From assembly GCA_027451105.1 (NCBI GenBank), contig DAIDKB010000020.1, positions 61,395-125,394 of the forward strand: a stretch of DNA of 64,000 bases. Direction: 5' to 3'. Source of the DNA: a bacterium. Its GTDB lineage: Bacteria; Patescibacteriota; Saccharimonadia; Saccharimonadales; Saccharimonadaceae. The position numbers were made by a program, and so were the translations under genes. The notes beneath the pieces were generated by a model. That model made no database searches. It was not told the origin of the DNA and saw only the letters and a list, made by a program, of their open reading frames with translations. Positions 61,517 through 64,000 of this stretch are shown here, piece by piece (the first letter of the stretch is position 1; each line of letters opens with the position of its first letter).

Positions 61517-63148
61517 TTAATCATCAGAAACTAGATGCAATAGTCGTCCCTCAACGCTACGTCGCCCATTCCATTCGTTTAATGTTGGCTGAAAGACTAC
61601 TGTCACCACCTCACCTGGTTCGGCGAAGAAGTGCGCCGGCGCGCTAAAAGCTAACATCTGTAGCCGCCTACCAAGTGCGTCCTTCACCTCTAGTTTGACG
61701 TGTTGATTATCGGCGCCCATACGACGTTGGTCTACAACCGTTACGCTACTAATTTTCAAAATCGGCTCCGGATTGCCACTACCAAACGGTTCTAGACTAG
61801 CCAGTTGCACGACCAACTCTTCGGTCACTTCCGAAAAATCTTTAATTAATACGTCTTCCTTCGGCAGCAGTAAATCAGCTTGATTAATTAAATTGAGTGA
61901 TTTATAAAACTCATTCACCCGCTGTCGAAAGGCATCAATATTAGTTGTCGGTAGCGTCACACCAGCCGCCAAAGTATGTCCACCACCCTTTAAGATAATA
62001 TCGTCGGCCGCACGAATTGCCTCAACCGCGCTAAAACCACCAAAACTACGAGCCGAGCCCTTGGATGTTTCACCCATCTCCTGTAGGACATAGGTCGGCT
62101 TTTGATACTTTTCAAGTAGCTTGGCCGCGACAATCCCGACAATGCCGTGGTTCCAGTTAGGTCCGCTTAGAACCAACACTGGCTCATTAATAAATTGTTC
62201 AGCCTGCAAGGTGGCTTCTTTTAAAATACTGGTTTGGTCAGCCCGACGTGCCTGATTTAGCGCATCGAGTTGCTCGGCTTTTTCATAAGCCAACTGATTA
62301 TCAGCCGCCAACAACATATCCAGCGCGTGCCGAGCTGTCTCAAGTCGTCCAGCCGCATTCATTCGCGGTCCAAGCGCAAAGCCGAGCGACCGACTATTAA
62401 GCGTTTCGGGCTCGACTTTAGCCACCGCCATCAAGGCCCGTAGTCCTGGTCGGCGAGTTTTTTTCAAAACCTTTAATCCCCAAAAAACGTTAGTTCGGTT
62501 TTCGTCTTTTAAACTAACGACGTCACAAACCGTCCCTAGCGCCACCAAATCTAACATCCATTTTTCAGCGCCTAGTGGCAAGCCCGGCAGCCTCGTTTGC
62601 AAAGCTTGAACTAGTTTAAAAGCCACGCCCACGCCAGCTAGGTCAATAAACGGATAGTTATGATCTTTGCGTTTCGGATTAACAACCGCTATGGCCGGTG
62701 GCTGGACGTCACTAACATTATGGTGGTCGGTTACGACGACATCGACACCCAGTTCATTAGCGCGTTTAATCTCTTCGTGGCTTAAGCTACCACAATCGAC
62801 AGTGATAATTAGTTTTGAGCCCTGGCTAGCAATCGCCTTGACGGCATCAACCGTCAGGCCATAACCCTCAACAAAACGGTTTGGAATAAAGGCATCAACA
62901 TCCTTAAAACCAAATGACCTCAAAGCATCCAACATAACAGTTGTCGCCGTTAAGCCATCAATGTCATAGTCGCCATAGATTGTAACTTTTTCTTGACGCT
63001 CACGTGCCAGCACAATTCGCTCAACCGCTTTTTCCATATCTGGCAACAAAAATGGATCGTGCTTTTTGTCATAATTAGGCTGCAAAAAATCCCGCGCAGC
63101 ATCGCCACTCAATCCGCGAGCGGCTAAAATTTGATCAAATAAAGACAT
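61517..63148 (-). CDS. recJ: Single-stranded-DNA-specific exonuclease RecJ
   Basis: 543 aa with DHH motifs (YGDYDIDGLT, VVTDHH), the DHHA1 motif GGGHTLAAG and a C-terminal OB region. Confidence 0.9.
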   Translation of the reverse strand: MSLFDQILAARGLSGDAARDFLQPNYDKKHDPFLLPDMEKAVERIVLARERQEKVTIYGDYDIDGLTATTVMLDALRSFGFKDVDAFIPNRFVEGYGLTVDAVKAIASQGSKLIITVDCGSLSHEEIKRANELGVDVVVTDHHNVSDVQPPAIAVVNPKRKDHNYPFIDLAGVGVAFKLVQALQTRLPGLPLGAEKWMLDLVALGTVCDVVSLKDENRTNVFWGLKVLKKTRRPGLRALMAVAKVEPETLNSRSLGFALGPRMNAAGRLETARHALDMLLAADNQLAYEKAEQLDALNQARRADQTSILKEATLQAEQFINEPVLVLSGPNWNHGIVGIVAAKLLEKYQKPTYVLQEMGETSKGSARSFGGFSAVEAIRAADDIILKGGGHTLAAGVTLPTTNIDAFRQRVNEFYKSLNLINQADLLLPKEDVLIKDFSEVTEELVVQLASLEPFGSGNPEPILKISSVTVVDQRRMGADNQHVKLEVKDALGRRLQMLAFSAPAHFFAEPGEVVTVVFQPTLNEWNGRRSVEGRLLHLVSDD

Positions 63149-63149
63149 G

Positions 63150-63446
63150 CTAAATGTCAGACGACGAACGCTTTGGACGGCCCGCCTGCTGTGACTTTAT
63201 GACAATACTTTGCAGTTCTTTAAAGATAGGAAATTGCTTGTTAGTGGCATAAATCTTGGTGTTGCCTTGCTTTTCGCTAGTCAAGAAGCCAACTTTTTCA
63301 AGTCGTTTAAGCTCACGCTGAATATTACCTGGATCTTCCTTAATAAGTTTCGCCAGACCGCGTACGTGCGTCTTGAAATCAGGATATTTGGCGTAGACCA
63401 CCACAATTTTGCGTCGAACCCTAGATGTAATAAAAACGTCTAACAT
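63150..63446 (-). CDS. Small winged-helix (ArsR/MarR-like) DNA-binding protein
   Basis: 98 aa; LAKLIKEDPGNIQRELKRLEKVGFL is an HTH recognition-helix pattern. Confidence 0.55.
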   Translation of the reverse strand: MLDVFITSRVRRKIVVVYAKYPDFKTHVRGLAKLIKEDPGNIQRELKRLEKVGFLTSEKQGNTKIYATNKQFPIFKELQSIVIKSQQAGRPKRSSSDI

Positions 63447-63512
63447 GTATTCCCTTAACTACTAACTGCCTCACTTGTTGCTTTTTATTCTACACTTTTC
63501 TAATCGTTTTGG

Positions 63513-64000
63513 TCAACGCCAATTCAGCACAATTTGATTAATTTTAGCGATCGTCTCTTCATGACTTGGAATAACATTCTGGTTATAGTAATGATCTACC
63601 CCCATAAAGTTTTCTTTAACATCTAAAATATGTAGCTCATCGGCTAGAATATGTAGACGGTCAACTGCCTGGACGCTAGCCGTCGGCGTCGCTACGACTA
63701 ACCGCCTGACCTTAATCGGCTTCATGTAATCAATCGCCACATCAATTGAGGCGCCGTTATCAAGACCATCAGAAACCAAGATGACGACATGGTCGCGCAG
63801 CAAGGTACTATCAATCAAGCCACCGTCGCCAAGCAGACGGTTAATCTTTTGAAAAGCCTCGCGTTTTTGCTCATCCAAATAACCGTGAAATTCACTAACA
63901 TATTCTTCAATTTCACCAGTTGAAAACATACCGTTATAGGTAAAGCCGCCTTCTTGAGAGATAGCCCCAAAGCTTAAATCTTCACCCGGGATCTGGATGT
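63513..64000 (-). CDS. Phosphoribosyltransferase-domain protein (partial; the N-terminus runs off the right edge)
   Basis: The PRPP-binding loop is VVILVSDGLDNGAS. The reading frame stays open upstream of the track ATG (…IQIPGEDLSFGAISQEGGFTYNG-M…) to the window end. Confidence 0.65.
   Translation of the reverse strand, partial: IQIPGEDLSFGAISQEGGFTYNGMFSTGEIEEYVSEFHGYLDEQKREAFQKINRLLGDGGLIDSTLLRDHVVILVSDGLDNGASIDVAIDYMKPIKVRRLVVATPTASVQAVDRLHILADELHILDVKENFMGVDHYYNQNVIPSHEETIAKINQIVLNWR

Noticed and set aside
1-64000. CRISPR arrays, tRNA/rRNA genes, IS elements, integrases, reverse transcriptase/DGR or prophage genes.
   Set aside because: I saw no regularly spaced direct repeats, no cloverleaf-capable intergenic region other than those discussed, and no transposase, integrase or RT-like ORFs. 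The pilin C-terminal domain has no template-repeat copy in the window.

Overview
The window is a gene-dense, mostly housekeeping chromosomal segment. About 90% of the genes lie on the minus strand and GC is mid-40s % by spot counts. The gene set suggests a reduced-genome, Gram-positive-like bacterium, most plausibly a Patescibacteria/CPR (Saccharibacteria-like) lineage; this is inference only. Supporting observations: translation, division and envelope genes in Firmicutes-like synteny (hpf-secA-prfB-ftsEX-ctp, recO-glyQS, rpsU-yqeY, rpsB-tsf-frr-uppS-rseP); pyrH and cdsA missing from the last cluster; a type IV pilin; an LCP protein; and short aaRS forms. I found no rRNA, tRNA, CRISPR array, transposase or integrase. 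Both RF1 and RF2 are present and the ORFs read cleanly in the standard code. Seven things depart from the core: (1) three GC-rich (about 58-67% by spot counts) plus-strand ORFs, each with a near-consensus promoter, an SD and a GC-rich terminator, wedged into conserved minus-strand gene pairs at 8.3-9.7 kb and 23.0-23.4 kb; (2) a GC-rich, non-coding, highly self-complementary segment of about 220 nt at 16.35-16.56 kb, likely a structured RNA of unassigned class; (3) an orphan KwaB-like (DUF4868) gene set tail-to-tail against a membrane LssY_C protein, next to a Pif1-like helicase and RNase HI; (4) two orphan genes that each carry a duplicated terminator-promoter-leader module; (5) a textbook T-box antiterminator upstream of ileS; (6) an NrdR homolog with no zinc-ribbon cysteines; (7) many genes whose extended -10 (TGnTATAAT) lies 6-11 nt from the start codon, implying leaderless mRNAs. 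None of these is proven to be a new system. All product calls come from motif recognition by eye, not from searches.
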